A stretch of 64,000 nt of DNA from Octopus sinensis (lineage: Eukaryota): assembly GCF_006345805.1 (NCBI RefSeq), contig NC_043025.1:6820001-6884000 (forward strand). Reading direction: 5' to 3'. Below are positions 1 through 11,465 of the stretch, in pieces (the stretch's first letter is position 1; every line of letters begins with the position of its first letter). The notes below the pieces were generated by a model. That model saw only the letters and a list, made by a program, of their open reading frames with translations. It ran no database searches and was not told the DNA's origin. The translations under genes were made by a program, and so were the position numbers.

Positions 1-235
1 AAAAATTATTAATTAATAATTAAGGGATTTCAATTAATGTGTTAGTATGTCACTTGTAGCACCCTTAATCATCAATTACACACACACACACACACACACA
101 CACGTACGTATGTTTTTTTAACCTCATGAACATTTTAGAAACGTACAGATTGAGTCAATACATTCTGGTATTTCTTGAAATGCCAGATATAAGGTCTATA
201 TTGTGGCACCGTTTCGGCTCAGCTGTTTGTTTCTA

Positions 236-710
236 CAGCACACACACACATACATGCACACACATACACACACACATACACACACACACACACACACATA
301 CACACACACACATACACAAATAGATGTCTGCATGTGTGTGTGTGTGTATGTGTGTGTGTGTATGTGTGTGTATGTGTGTGTATGTGTGTGTGTATGTGTG
401 TGTTGTGTGTATGTGTGTGTGTATGTTGTGTGTATGTGTGTGTGTGTTGTGTGTGTGTATGTGTGTGTGTATGTGTGTATGTGTGTGTGTATGTGTGTGT
501 GTATGTGTGTGTATGTGTGTGTGTATGTATGTATGTATGTACGTGTGTGTATGTGTGTGTATGTGTGTGTGTATGTGTGTGTGTGCGTATGTGTGTATGT
601 GTGTGTGTATATGTGTGTGTGTGTATGTGTGTGTGTATGTGTGTGTGTATGTGTGTGTATGTGTGTGTGTATGTATGTGTGTATGTGTGTGTGTGTGTTG
701 TGTGTGTGCT
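236..710. repeat. (CA)n tract followed by (TG/TATG)n tract
   Basis: Dinucleotide microsatellites seen directly; they produce the spurious HT/VC ORFs. Confidence 0.95.
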
Positions 711-750
711 GTAAGAGCAAACAATTTAGCAAAAAAAATATGCTGCAATA

Positions 751-1185
751 GTGATGAAGCTGATGATGATGATGATAATGAGGATAATAATGGTGATGGT
801 GACAGTGATGATGATGGTAGCAGTGATGGTGGTGGTTGTTGGTGGTGGTAATGACGATGATGATAACAATGTTGATGATGATGACGCCAACGGCAATGAT
901 GATGATGATGATGATGATGATGTTGATGATGATTGTGATGATGATGATGACGATGATGTTGATGATGATGACGACGATGATGACAATGATGACGATGATG
1001 ATGATTACGACGATGATGATGACGATGATGACGATGATAACGATGATTATGACGATGATGATGACGATAACGACGATGATGACGATAACAATGATGATGA
1101 TGATGACGATAACAATGATGATGACGATGATGATGATGACGACGATGATAACGATAACAATGATGATGATGACGATGACGATGAA
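751..1185 (+). repeat. (GAT/GAC/AAT)n trinucleotide tract, probably intronic
   Basis: Imperfect GAY repeat upstream of the acceptor at 1293-1294. Confidence 0.9.
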
Positions 1186-1294
1186 GATGCATTATTCCCT
1201 AACTGTTCGTCTCATCACCGTTCCATCTCTCCCACCCCTTACTATCCATACCCACCCCCCCTCCTCTCAGTTTTTTTTTTCTTTTTCTTTGCAG

Positions 1295-1531
1295 TGACCC
1301 CTGTTCAGAGCAGCTGCCAAGACTGGACGCCCCACCCGTCCGGTGACTGCGGCCGCTACGTTCGCTGCTTCGACGACATGACGGTCTTTGTCAAGAAATG
1401 TCCTGCCAATCTTCACTTCAACCCAAATCTTCGTGTCTGCGATTGGCCATGGAACGTGGTGTGTGGTAACACGTCCCACTGGGTGCCACAGAAACCACCG
1501 ACCACAACCCCTAGTCACAGCACACCCTCGG
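1295..1531 (+). CDS. Gene A internal exon: CBM14 (peritrophin-A type) chitin-binding domain plus Thr/Pro linker
   Basis: Polypyrimidine tract and tttgcag| acceptor; g|gtgag donor at 1532. 237 nt, phase 1-1. Encodes CQDWTPHPSGDCGRYVRCFDDMTVFVKKCPANLHFNPNLRVCDWPWNVVC, six Cys spaced 10/5/10/12/7. Confidence 0.92.
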
Positions 1532-1540
1532 GTGAGCACT

Positions 1541-2150
1541 CTTTTACTCTTTTACTTGTTTCAGTCATTTGACTGCGGCCATGCTGGAGCACCGCCTTTA
1601 GTCAAGCAAATCGAACCCGGGACTTATTCTTTGTAAGCCCAGCACTTATTTTATTGGCCTCTTTTTTGCCGAACTGCTAAGTTACAGGGACGTAAACACA
1701 CCAGCATCGGTTGTCAAGCGATGTTGGGAGGACAAATACAGATACACAAACACGCACATACATATTATATATATATATATATATATATATACAAGATAAG
1801 AAAATGGAGAAATACATCTAAATCAAATATCAATTACCAGATAATACTCAATCACATCATTAACATTTATGTATTAACTTTGTTGGGTACTTCACTAGCA
1901 GTATATTGGATATATATTATCCCATGGAGGGTTGCATTTACAACCCCTATCTCAATTTGTATATATATATATATACATATATACAACGGGCTTCTTTCAG
2001 TTTCCGTCTACCAAATCCACTCACAAGGCTTTGGTCGGCCTAAGGCTATAGTAGATGACACTTACCCAATGTGCCATGCAGTGGGACTGAACCCGGAACC
2101 ATGTGGTTCGTAAGCAAGCTACTTACCACACAGCCACTCCTATGCCTATA
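1541..2150 (-). mobile_element. tRNA-derived SINE with CORE-like segment (ccttgggcaagt-type) and internal (CA/TA)n; most abundant family in the window
   Basis: Near-identical copies recur many times. tRNA-like head with B-box-like ggttcagtcc at the 2150 end. Confidence 0.85.
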
Positions 2151-2185
2151 TGTATATATTTATTATGCAGGTGTGGTTGTGTGGT

Positions 2186-2885
2186 AAGAAGCTGTTTCTG
2201 CGGAGGTGCTATGGGATAGTGATCTGTGCAGGATCATGAATTCCTTCCCGGAGGACTCCTACAGATATATACCTATTTCTTTACTACCCACAAGGGGCTA
2301 AACATAGAAGGGATGAACAAGGACAGACATAGGTATTAAGTCGATTACATTGACCCAAGTGCGTAACAGGTACTTAATTTATCGATCCCGAAAGGATGAA
2401 AGGTAAAGTCGACCTCGGCGGAATTTGAACAAACAACGTAACGGCAGACGAAATACCGCTAAGCATTTTGCCCGACATGCTAACGTTTCTACCAGCTCTC
2501 CTACAGATATATACCTGTGTGGTCCGGCCTGGAAACCGAGTACATGCTTCAATGAAGCAAGGATACTGGTCGGCCGGATAACCTGAACGAGTCTAGAAAA
2601 TGTGAAATATATGACTTTTTTAGTGTTTTAAAAAAGAAAAAAGAATTCTGAACATTGTGTTGTTTAAGTAAGAGGTTTATTGCCTCATTGTGTTTTTGGG
2701 GAAAAAGGAAAAAAGAACATTGTTTTAGAGAAGCAAAAGTCAGCGGGCACTTTTCGTCTTCTCCCATCATCATCATTTTTGCATCACCATCATTCATACC
2801 ATTAATGTCCATGTCCAGCCTGCAAAGCTTCCATCTGTGTGATGCCCTTGTGGCAAATTATATGAAATAAAGAAGCTGTTTCTGC
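2186..2885. mobile_element. Unclassified insertion bounded by a 16-bp direct repeat
   Basis: aagaagctgtttctgc at 2186-2201 and 2870-2885; the insert ends in aaataaa. Confidence 0.5.
2271..2500 (-). mobile_element. SINE with Nin/Deu-like central domain and 19-bp target-site duplication (TSD)
   Basis: Reverse complement contains a gcctttcatcctttcggggtcgataaattaagtacc-type domain. TSD ctcctacagatatatacct at 2256-2274 and 2498-2516. Confidence 0.85.
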
Positions 2886-3307
2886 CAAGGGGTCACAGTA
2901 CCCCATATGTTATTTCCATCTTTGCAGTGTATTGTAGTAATCAGTAGATAAAATTAGGGTACTTTGGGTGTGCCTCTATGCTTCATCAGAGAGTTTAGAA
3001 GAGAGTCTAAGAAGTTCAGAGGGCTAATTTATGTATATATAAATATACATATATACACTCACACACACACACACACACAATTTCTAAACGTTTGCTTATA
3101 ATCTCTATATCTATAACTGGCAAAATGACAACACATTGATGCCCATCACTCCTGATGGACATCGATGTTCGGCAAAAGAGTCTGATAGAAAACATACAAG
3201 TCTTAGGGGGTCGATATGTTCAACTAAAACCCTTCAAGGCAGTGCTCCATCATGACCGCTGTCAAATGAGTGATACATGTAAAAGAATAAGAAAATAAAG
3301 GAATATA

Positions 3308-3877
3308 TATTGGGTTGTCCGGAAAGTTCATGCCAACTTTTAAAGGAATGAAAAAGGTCAATGAATATTTGCCATTACATTTTTAATCAACCAAATATGA
3401 ACCATTTTGTTGCGCAATGCGTCTCCATCTTTCCTTTAACTTGAAAGTACCCTCTTCCCAGAATTGAGGTGGTTTCATGGCAAAGAATTCATCAAGGTAT
3501 CTTTTTATGTCATCCAAGGAATTGAAATTTTTACCATTAAGACTATTCTGCAGAGACCTGAATAAGTGGAAATCCGAAGGAGCAATATCTGGTGAATATG
3601 GAGGGTAGAGTTACACATCCCAGCCGAGCTGCAGCAATTTTTGTCTGGTTCCCAAAGCATCAAGTGCTGAAAATGAACTTTCCTATCTTCCATTTTAAAG
3701 GGTTACAGAATTAACACAGGTTATAGGAACATAAACCTTCTCCCACAAAAAGATAGCTTAAACTGTGCTCTAAATAGAGGTGTAGTCAAATCCTATTTTA
3801 TGGACTCAACCATGTTCTAAAATAAGTTGAAAGGTAGGCTACTATAAATCGGCACAAACTTTCCAGACAACCCAATA
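3308..3877 (-). mobile_element. Internally deleted non-autonomous mariner element
   Basis: Terminal inverted repeats (TIRs) tattgggttgtccggaaagttc / aactttccagacaacccaata, flanked by TA. Minus strand joins a mariner N-terminus (MEDRKVHFQHLML) to a C-terminus (PYSPDIAPSDFHLFRSLQN...ERWRRIAQQNGSYLVD*). Confidence 0.9.
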
Positions 3878-6202
3878 CAAATGTAGAGCTTTTCTTGCCC
3901 AAGGTGCCATGCAGTGGGACTGAACCCAGAACCATGTCAATTTTTTTAATACAGTTCCTTACAATATTTTACTATAAATATATAATTTTGTTTTAAACAC
4001 TGAATGGCTAGGAGGGTCCATCCATATAAAATAGAAATCAAAGGGGTCCAGGGGTCTGATGTAGAGGTTTTCCTTGTTGGCACATACATATATACATACA
4101 TAAGACAATAGTGTGTGATTTGAAGGAGATTTGGCTGCTATTTTTACCAGGTCTAGCTACCTTGTAGAGGTCTCCTTCATTGGCTCAAAGCAGTAGTAAG
4201 TTCCGAAAATAACTTTCTTATCTTCCATTTTAAAGGATACAGAATTAACACAGGTCATAGGAACATAAACCTTCTTCACGAAAAGATAGCTTAAACTGTG
4301 CTCTAAATGGAGGTGTAGTCAAATCCTATTTTATGGACTCAACCATGTTCTGAAATAAGTCAAAAGGTAAGCTACTATAAATCGGCACGAACTTTCTGGA
4401 CATCCCGGCCAAGCTGCAGCAATTTTTGTCTGGTTCCCAAAGCATCAAGTGCAGAAAATGAACTTTCTTATATTCCATTTTAAAGGGTTACAGAATTAAC
4501 ACAGGTCATAGGAACACAAACCTTCTTCCACGAAAAGATAGCTTAAACTGTGCTTTAAATGAGGGTGTAGTCAAATCCTATTTTATGGACTCAACCATGT
4601 TCTAAAATAAGTCGAAAGGTAAGCTACTATAAATCGGCACGAACTTTCCGGACATCCCGGCCGAGCTGCAGCAATTTTTGTCTGGTTCCTAAAGCATCAA
4701 GTACCGAAAATGAACTTTCTTATCTTCCATTTTAAAGGGTTACAGAATTAACACAGGTTATAGGAACATAAACCTTCTCCCACAAAAAGATAGCTTAAAC
4801 TGTGCTCTAAATAGAGGTGTAGTCAAATCCTATTTTATGGACTCAACCATGTTCTAAAATAAGTTGAAAGGTAGGCTACTATAAATTGGCACAAACTTTC
4901 CAGACAACCCAATACAAATGTAGAGCTTTTCTTGCCCAAGGTGCCATGCAGTGGGACTGAACCCAGAACCATGTCAATTTTTTTAATACAGTTCCTTACA
5001 ATATTTTACTATAAATATATAATTTTGTTTTAAACACTGAATGGCTAGGAGGGTCCATCCATATAAAATAGAAATCAAAGGGGTCCAGGGGTCTGATGTA
5101 GAGGTTTTCCTTGTTGGCACATACATATATACATACATAAGACAATAGTGTGTGATTTGAAGGAGATTTGGCTGCTATTTTTACCAGGTCTAGCTACCTT
5201 GTAGAGGTCTCCTTCATTGGCTCAAAGCAGTAAGTTCCGAAAATAAACTTTCTTATCTTCCATTTTAAAGGATTACAGAATTAACACAGGTCATAGGAAC
5301 ATAAACCTTCTTCCACGAAAAGATAGCTTAAACTGTGCTCTAAATGGAGGTGTAGTCAAATCCTATTTTATGGACTCAACCATGTTCTGAAATAAGTCAA
5401 AAGGTAAGCTACTATAAATCGGCACGAACTTTCTGGACATCCCGGCCGAGCTGCAGCAATTTTTGTCTGGTTCCTAAAGCATCAAGTACCGAAAATGAAC
5501 TTTCTTATCTTCCATTTTAAAGGGTTACAGAATTAACACAGGTTATAGGAACATAAACCTTCTTCCACGAAAAGATAGCTTAAACTGTGCTTTAAATGAG
5601 GGTGTAGTCAAATCCTATTTTATGGGCTCAACCATGTTCTAAAATAAGTCGAAAGGTAAGCTACTATAAATCGGCACGAACTTTCCGGACATCCTGGCCG
5701 AGCTGCAGCAATTTTTGTCTGGTTCCTAAAGCATCAAGTACCAAAAATGAACTTTCTTATCTTCCATTTTAAAGGGTTACAGAATTAACACAGGTTATAG
5801 GAACATAAACCTTCTTCCACGAAAAGATAGCTTAAACTGTGCTTTAAATGAGGGTGTAGTCAAATCCTATTTTATGGGCTCAACCATGTTCTAAAATAAG
5901 TCGAAAGGTAAGCTACTATAAATCGGCACGAACTTTCCGGACATCCTGGCCGAGCTGCAGCAATTTTTGTCTGGTTCCTAAAGCATCAAGTACCAAAAAT
6001 GAACTTTCTTATCTTCCATTTTAAAGGGTTACAGAATTAACACAGGTTATAGGAACATAAATCTTCTTCCATGAAAAGATAGCTTAAACTGTGCTCTAAA
6101 TGGAGGTGTAGTCAAATCTTATTTTATGGACTCAACTATGTTCTAAAATAAGTCGAAAGGTAAGCTACGATAAATCGACACGAACTTTCCGGACAACCCA
6201 AT
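3620..6202. repeat. 252-bp tandem repeat from the mariner left end, with a 1037-bp higher-order duplication
   Basis: The anchor (g/a)agctgcagc occurs at 3626, 4411, 4663, 5448, 5700 and 5952 (spacings of 252 and 1037). Confidence 0.92.
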
Positions 6203-6989
6203 GTATAAGAAAGAAGAAAGATGGCAAACAAACAAATGATTATCTTATGAGCATCATAAGCTTAAAGCTGTTTCTGCTATGAGAGATGCAAGGGACTCAT
6301 AGCAGAGGCCTCCATCAACTCATTGTTGATGCTGTTCCTTATATAGACACAAAGGTAATTCTTTCCCAAATAAATTGCATTTCATATCTGAGGCTCTGAT
6401 GAAGCTTTGAGGTGATACACAGGCACTCAACTATGAGCCCACTGCATCTTATAGCAGAAACAGCTGTGAGCTGATGAAGTGCATAAGATAGCCTTTTATT
6501 CCTTTGTCCTCTCTTTTTCTTATTACAACTCTATACTCAGCTGAAACATGTATAGTGAGTTCTATACCATAGGCATGTATGTATGCATGCATACATACAT
6601 ATATACACATACATACTTACATACATATACACACATACATATACACACATACATACATACATACATAGATATATACACATACATACATATACACATACAT
6701 ACATATACACACATACATACACACACAAATACATACACACACATAAATACATACGGACATACATACGTACATACACACACATACATACACACATACATAT
6801 ATATATATATATATGGTGGCTGCCCCCTCATTATCGAGTATGGCCATTGCACGAAGCTTAATCAATGTTGTTATCGTGCAATGCCTGTGCAAGAAGATTT
6901 TTTAAAGTGAGGAAAGGCTGTGCACTGAGTCACTTCTGCTCACTAAGCAACAGCAGCCATAATCCGAAAAGAAGAACAAGTCAACATCA

Positions 6990-7372
6990 TCGGTAACCAC
7001 TGAGCCGCAGGTTTTATGTCGGAGTTATCCCAGTTACCTGAGTTACCTTCCCCTAGAAGGATGCCCTAACAAAGGCTAGGAGTCCTTCACTCCCAATGGT
7101 TTAACTGCACGATCGGGTATTCAGTCCGATTATTTTTATGTCCCCGTGCATGATACATCCTTAAGACATTCATTGGATGGCCGTTGACTCTCAAGAGTTC
7201 CTCCGCCCTTTGGCGGGTTTTGTTTTTCATCCCGCAGGGTGTCCAATAAACACCCTCCTCACCAAGCAAGCTTGGTGGGGTTGCCAGTTTAGTCGCCGAC
7301 GACCCGACCATGCAACAAGTTGTACTGGGTTACACGTTACCAGTAGCACTCGAAAGTGACCTGACATAACGT
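6990..7372 (-). mobile_element. Probable 5' UTR fragment of an RTE-like LINE
   Basis: Minus strand gcatccttctaggggaaggtaactc resembles, from recall, the ctaggagaaggaaaactc motif of RTE 5' regions. No coding support. Confidence 0.35.
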
Positions 7373-7743
7373 ATACGTACATACACACATACATACGTAC
7401 ATACATACACACGCATACATACACACATATGCACACACACATACACACATACATACACATACACACGCATACACACGCATGCATACATATACACACACAC
7501 ATACATATGCACACACACATATGCATGCATACATACACACATACATATACACACATACGCACACACATACATACACGCATAAATACATACACCACGTACA
7601 TACATATATATATATATATATACTTTCATCATCCTTAAACATGTATATCATATAGTCTATTGACTAATTTTTCTTTCTCACTTGACAGCTGGTAGCGGAG
7701 AATTTTTCTAGAATTTTTTGCTACCCTAAAATTGATTAATTTA

Positions 7744-7836
<93 letters not shown>

Positions 7837-7876
7837 TACCAGTAATTAATTCATTACTTCTCCCTATATTTTTCAG

Positions 7877-8091
7877 AGTGTATCTATTCATGTCCGACAG
7901 GCGTTGAGTGGGGACGGTTCCCAGATCTGGATACAAACTGCCAAGCGTTCTACGAGTGTGAAAACGGTCACTGCAGAATTGGTCAGTGTCCGACGGGTCT
8001 TCAGTTTAATGCCTTAATTCTTAGCTGTGATCTTCCTGAAAATACACTTTGTCCAAATTTCCGTGCAAAAGACCCTTGTCCGAAGAAATAA
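7877..8091 (+). CDS. Gene A terminal exon: CBM14 domain with three extra cysteines
   Basis: tttttcag| acceptor, phase 1. Splicing from 1531 gives ...PS-E-CIYSCPTGVEWGRFPDLDTNCQAFYECENGHCRIGQCPTGLQFNALILSCDLPENTLCPNFRAKDPCPKK*, TAA at 8089-8091. Absent from the ORF track because it has no start codon. Confidence 0.9.
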
Positions 8092-8092
8092 A
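8087..8092 (+). promoter_or_regulatory. Candidate poly(A) signal overlapping the gene A stop codon
   Basis: AATAAA at 8087-8092. Confidence 0.35.
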
Positions 8093-8188
8093 GTCATATG
8101 GCCAAGAGGTTAATAATTGTCATTATTATATTATTATTATTATTATTATTATTGTCATCATCATTATTATTATTATTATTATTATTAT

Positions 8189-8690
8189 TGAGTGAGAGAG
8201 CAGTGCATGCCATCAAAGTGACACTGGGGTAAAATATACGAAGCCCAGTATACCCATCATGACTACCCGTCTGATAAGGGTACACTAGGCACATGCATCA
8301 CAACCATATGTGCGCAACAGGGTGATCTTATATCAAGATAAACAGCACATGACCTTGCAGGTGGGGGCCCAGTTAGAATTTTCCTTAGGTCGAGTAACCC
8401 ATCCCGCTCAAAAGGTCCCTGAATAAGGGTTGTTTAAGGATGTTGAATGAAACACCCATGTTTCCATTAAGTGAATTACTCAAACCCCAAAGAATTCCTT
8501 TCAACACATGGCTATGATACTCCCCCAATACTTCTGCTCATGGTCAGAGATGCACATATCGTCAACCACTAAGGGACATGCTCAACTGGTTAAGGTCAAA
8601 CAACTGACAAGCAAATCTGTGGTATTGAGCAGAATATTTGCTGTAGCCCATCTTTTATACCAAGACAAAACAATGTACATGATGACACCT
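8189..8690 (-). mobile_element. About 500-bp non-coding retroposon with (AAT)n tail, embedded in (TAA)n
   Basis: Second copy in the opposite orientation at 29400-29875; both copies are bounded by (AAT/ATT)n. Confidence 0.7.
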
Positions 8691-8712
8691 CCAATTATTA
8701 TTATTATTATTA

Positions 8713-9005
8713 TTTTTATAGCGTGCTTTCACTTCACTAGCGAGCGCAGCTCTGTGTGCCTTGGATATGTGCTGTGGTTTGCTGTGATGCTCTGATGGTT
8801 ACTGTATTGAAAGTGTTTTGCATAGGATGTGTGCAGTGCCCAGTAGTGCAATTTTCTATATTTGTAAGTCCTGGTGTTTTTGTTATGTATTTGTCTGAAT
8901 ATTTTTTTTATCATGCCTAATGCGCCTACTATGATAGGAATTGTTTCTGTTTTTAGATTCCACATTCGAGTTACCTCTATTTCCAGGTCTTTGTAGTTTG
9001 AAAAT
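8713..9005 (-). mobile_element. 3' end of an R4/Dong-like (REL-endonuclease) LINE, degenerate
   Basis: KFSNYKDLEIEVTRMWNLKTETIPIIVGALGMIKK is a REL-domain C-terminal motif. (TAA)n on both sides. Confidence 0.72.
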
Positions 9006-9078
9006 TTATTATTATTATTATTATTTTTCCTTCTTTCTTCCAATTTTCTTCCGTTTCTCACTGAGTGTTTTCCGTACA

Positions 9079-10024
9079 CCTAGAAACTACAGCCTAGAGG
9101 ACAAGCCTTGCCCTGGAAGATCTGTAGAGCTTGACGAGGATGTCCTGCAAACCCTGATGGAACAAAATTCCTTCTTAACTATTGAGGAACTAGCAGAGAA
9201 GCTTGGATTTGGTCATTCAACCTTTCATCGATACCTGCGTACCATCGGAAAAGTCAGCAAATTGGGTCAATGGGTTCCTCACAATCTTTCCTAGTCTAAT
9301 GCTGTGCAGAGAGTGCATGCGTGCCCTTCTTTGCTGTCAAGCCTCACGAATGAACCTTTTTGGGACTGAATAGTGACTGGTGTCGAGAAATGGGTTCTCT
9401 ATAAAAATGTCAAGCACTGAAGACAGTGGGTAGGGAAAGGAGAAACACTGGCACCCCAGGCTAAAGATGTTCTTCACCCTGGTATGGTGTTGTTATCTGT
9501 TTGGTGGGACATGAAAGGCTTAGTCCACTTTGAACTTTTAAACCCAAACCAAATGATAACAAAGGAGATCTACTGTGAGCAGCTTAAGTCAACGCTAGAA
9601 GGAAAACAACCATCTTTGGTTTCATGATGAAAGGTGTTCTTCCATCAGGATGATGCTCGGCCACATACAGCGAGGATGACATTCCAAGGGCTGGAGCAAT
9701 TTGAATAGGAAATGATGCCTCACCCACCAACTTCACTGGACACTACCCCATCTGATTATCATTTATTCTGCAGGCTTTAAAACCATATGGACAGAAAATA
9801 ATATAAATTCTGTAGATGAGGTCAGAACAGTACTGGTGGAGTATTTTTCATCATGGACAAATGAATTTTGAAAGACGAGCCTTGCAAGTCTACCAGATAG
9901 AAGGAAGAGCATTGTAGAAAATGAAGGAGAGTATATTTTAGATGAAAAAGAACTTTGTTTACCTTAATTTTGAAAAATAAGAGAAGTATAAAAAAAACCA
10001 CGTTATTTATTGGATGTCCCAATA
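9079..10024 (+). pseudogene. Mariner transposase pseudogene, 5'-truncated, with right TIR
   Basis: WVPHNL, IVTGVEKW, HQDDARPH and PSDYHLF motifs with several in-frame stops. TIR-like ttggatgtcccaata ends at about 10023. Confidence 0.9.
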
Positions 10025-10189
10025 CTTAGTGGTATTTCACCTGTCGCTACATTCTGAGTTCAAATTCCACTGAGGTTGACTTACCCTTTCATCCTTTCAG
10101 GGTCAAGAAATTAAGTACCAGTCAAGTGATAAGGGGGTGAAAACCCATATCCTAATTTTTTTTTAATGAAAAATGTGGACTTTTCCAAT

Positions 10190-10680
10190 CATCATCATCA
10201 TCATCATCATCATTTAACGTCTACTTTCCATGCTAGCATGGGTTGGACGATTCAACTGGGGTCTGGGGAGCCCGAAGGCTGCACCAGGCCAGTCAGATCT
10301 GGCAGTGTTTCTACAGCTGGATGCCCTTCCTAACGCCAACCACTCCGAGAGTGTAGTGGGTGATTTTATGTGCCACCGACACAGGTGCCAGACGAGGCTG
10401 GCGAACGGCCACGCTCGGATGGTGTTTTTTATGTGCCACCGACACAGGTGCCAGACGAGGCAGGCAGACGGCCATGCTCGGATGGTGTTTTTATGTGCCA
10501 CCGACACAGGTGCCAGATGAGGCTGGCGAACGGCCACGATCGGATGGTGTTTGTTACGTGCCCACAGCATGGAGGCCAGTCGATGCGGTACTGGCTACGG
10601 CCACGTTCGGATGGTTTTCTTGTGTGCCACCGGCACTGGTACCACAAAGATACAAATTCCATTGATGTTCATCTATTTTG
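10190..10680 (-). mobile_element. RTE LINE 3' UTR fragment with about 62-bp internal tandem repeats and (GAT)n tail
   Basis: Same 3' end (ccatgctagcatgg hairpin, acgttaaatgatgatg) as the reverse-transcriptase-bearing copy at 43553-44810. Confidence 0.8.
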
Positions 10681-10959
10681 ATTTGTTTTTTCCAATGTTA
10701 GCATTAAAACAAATGCAGGTATAATAATAATTTTTATTATTATGAGGGTCGGCTGAAATGTTCATAATCTGAGCAAGACATTCTCAATGGAATGTGACCA
10801 AATGAAGTTCATTTTCTAACATAGTTCCTCTTACTGTCCACACACTTCCATTAGTAGTTGCAGTGCTTGGATCGCACTGGTGAAGAAGCTTTTCTGTTGA
10901 TCAAAATGGTCATCAACAACAGATAAGATGATCTCATCATAGTATATGTGTATATATCA

Positions 10960-11465
10960 TCATCATCATCATCATCGTTTAACGTCCGCTTTCCATGCTA
11001 GCATAGGTTGGACAATTTTGACCGAGGGCTGGCGAACCAGATGGCTGCACCAGTCTCCAATCTCGATTTGGCAGAGTTTCTACAGCTGGATGCCCTTCCT
11101 AATGCCAACCACTCCGAGAGTGTGGTGGGTGCTTTTTACGTGCCACCGGCACGGGGGCCAGTCAGGCGGTACTGGCAACGACCTTGTTTGAATCCTTTTA
11201 CACAGGCTACCAGCACAGGTGCCAGTGAAGCGACGTTGGTAACGATCATGCTCGAATGGTGCCCTTTTACGTGCCACTGGCACAGAAGCCAGTTGGCTGC
11301 TCTGGCAACGATCACACTTGGATGGTGCTCTTGGCACCCTACTAGCATGGGCAAAAGTGCAGTAAGGCGACGCTGGTAACGATCATGCTCGAATGGTGCC
11401 CTTTAAGTTCCACTGGCATGGAAGCCAGTTGGCTGCTCTGGCAACGATCACGCTCGGATGGTGCT
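10960..11465 (-). mobile_element. RTE LINE 3' UTR fragment
   Basis: Same family as 10190-10680; (GAT)n tail at about 10960-10975. Confidence 0.78.

Noticed and set aside
126-1192. Long HT/VC/His-rich ORFs
   Set aside because: Translations of (CA)n, (TG)n and (GAT)n microsatellites. The same applies to the many IY, YLSI and VC ORFs throughout the window.
3620-6202. CRISPR-like or retrozyme-like array
   Set aside because: No unique spacers and no hammerhead core in the unit; the units derive from a mariner end and the DNA is eukaryotic. The same holds for 39584-40775.
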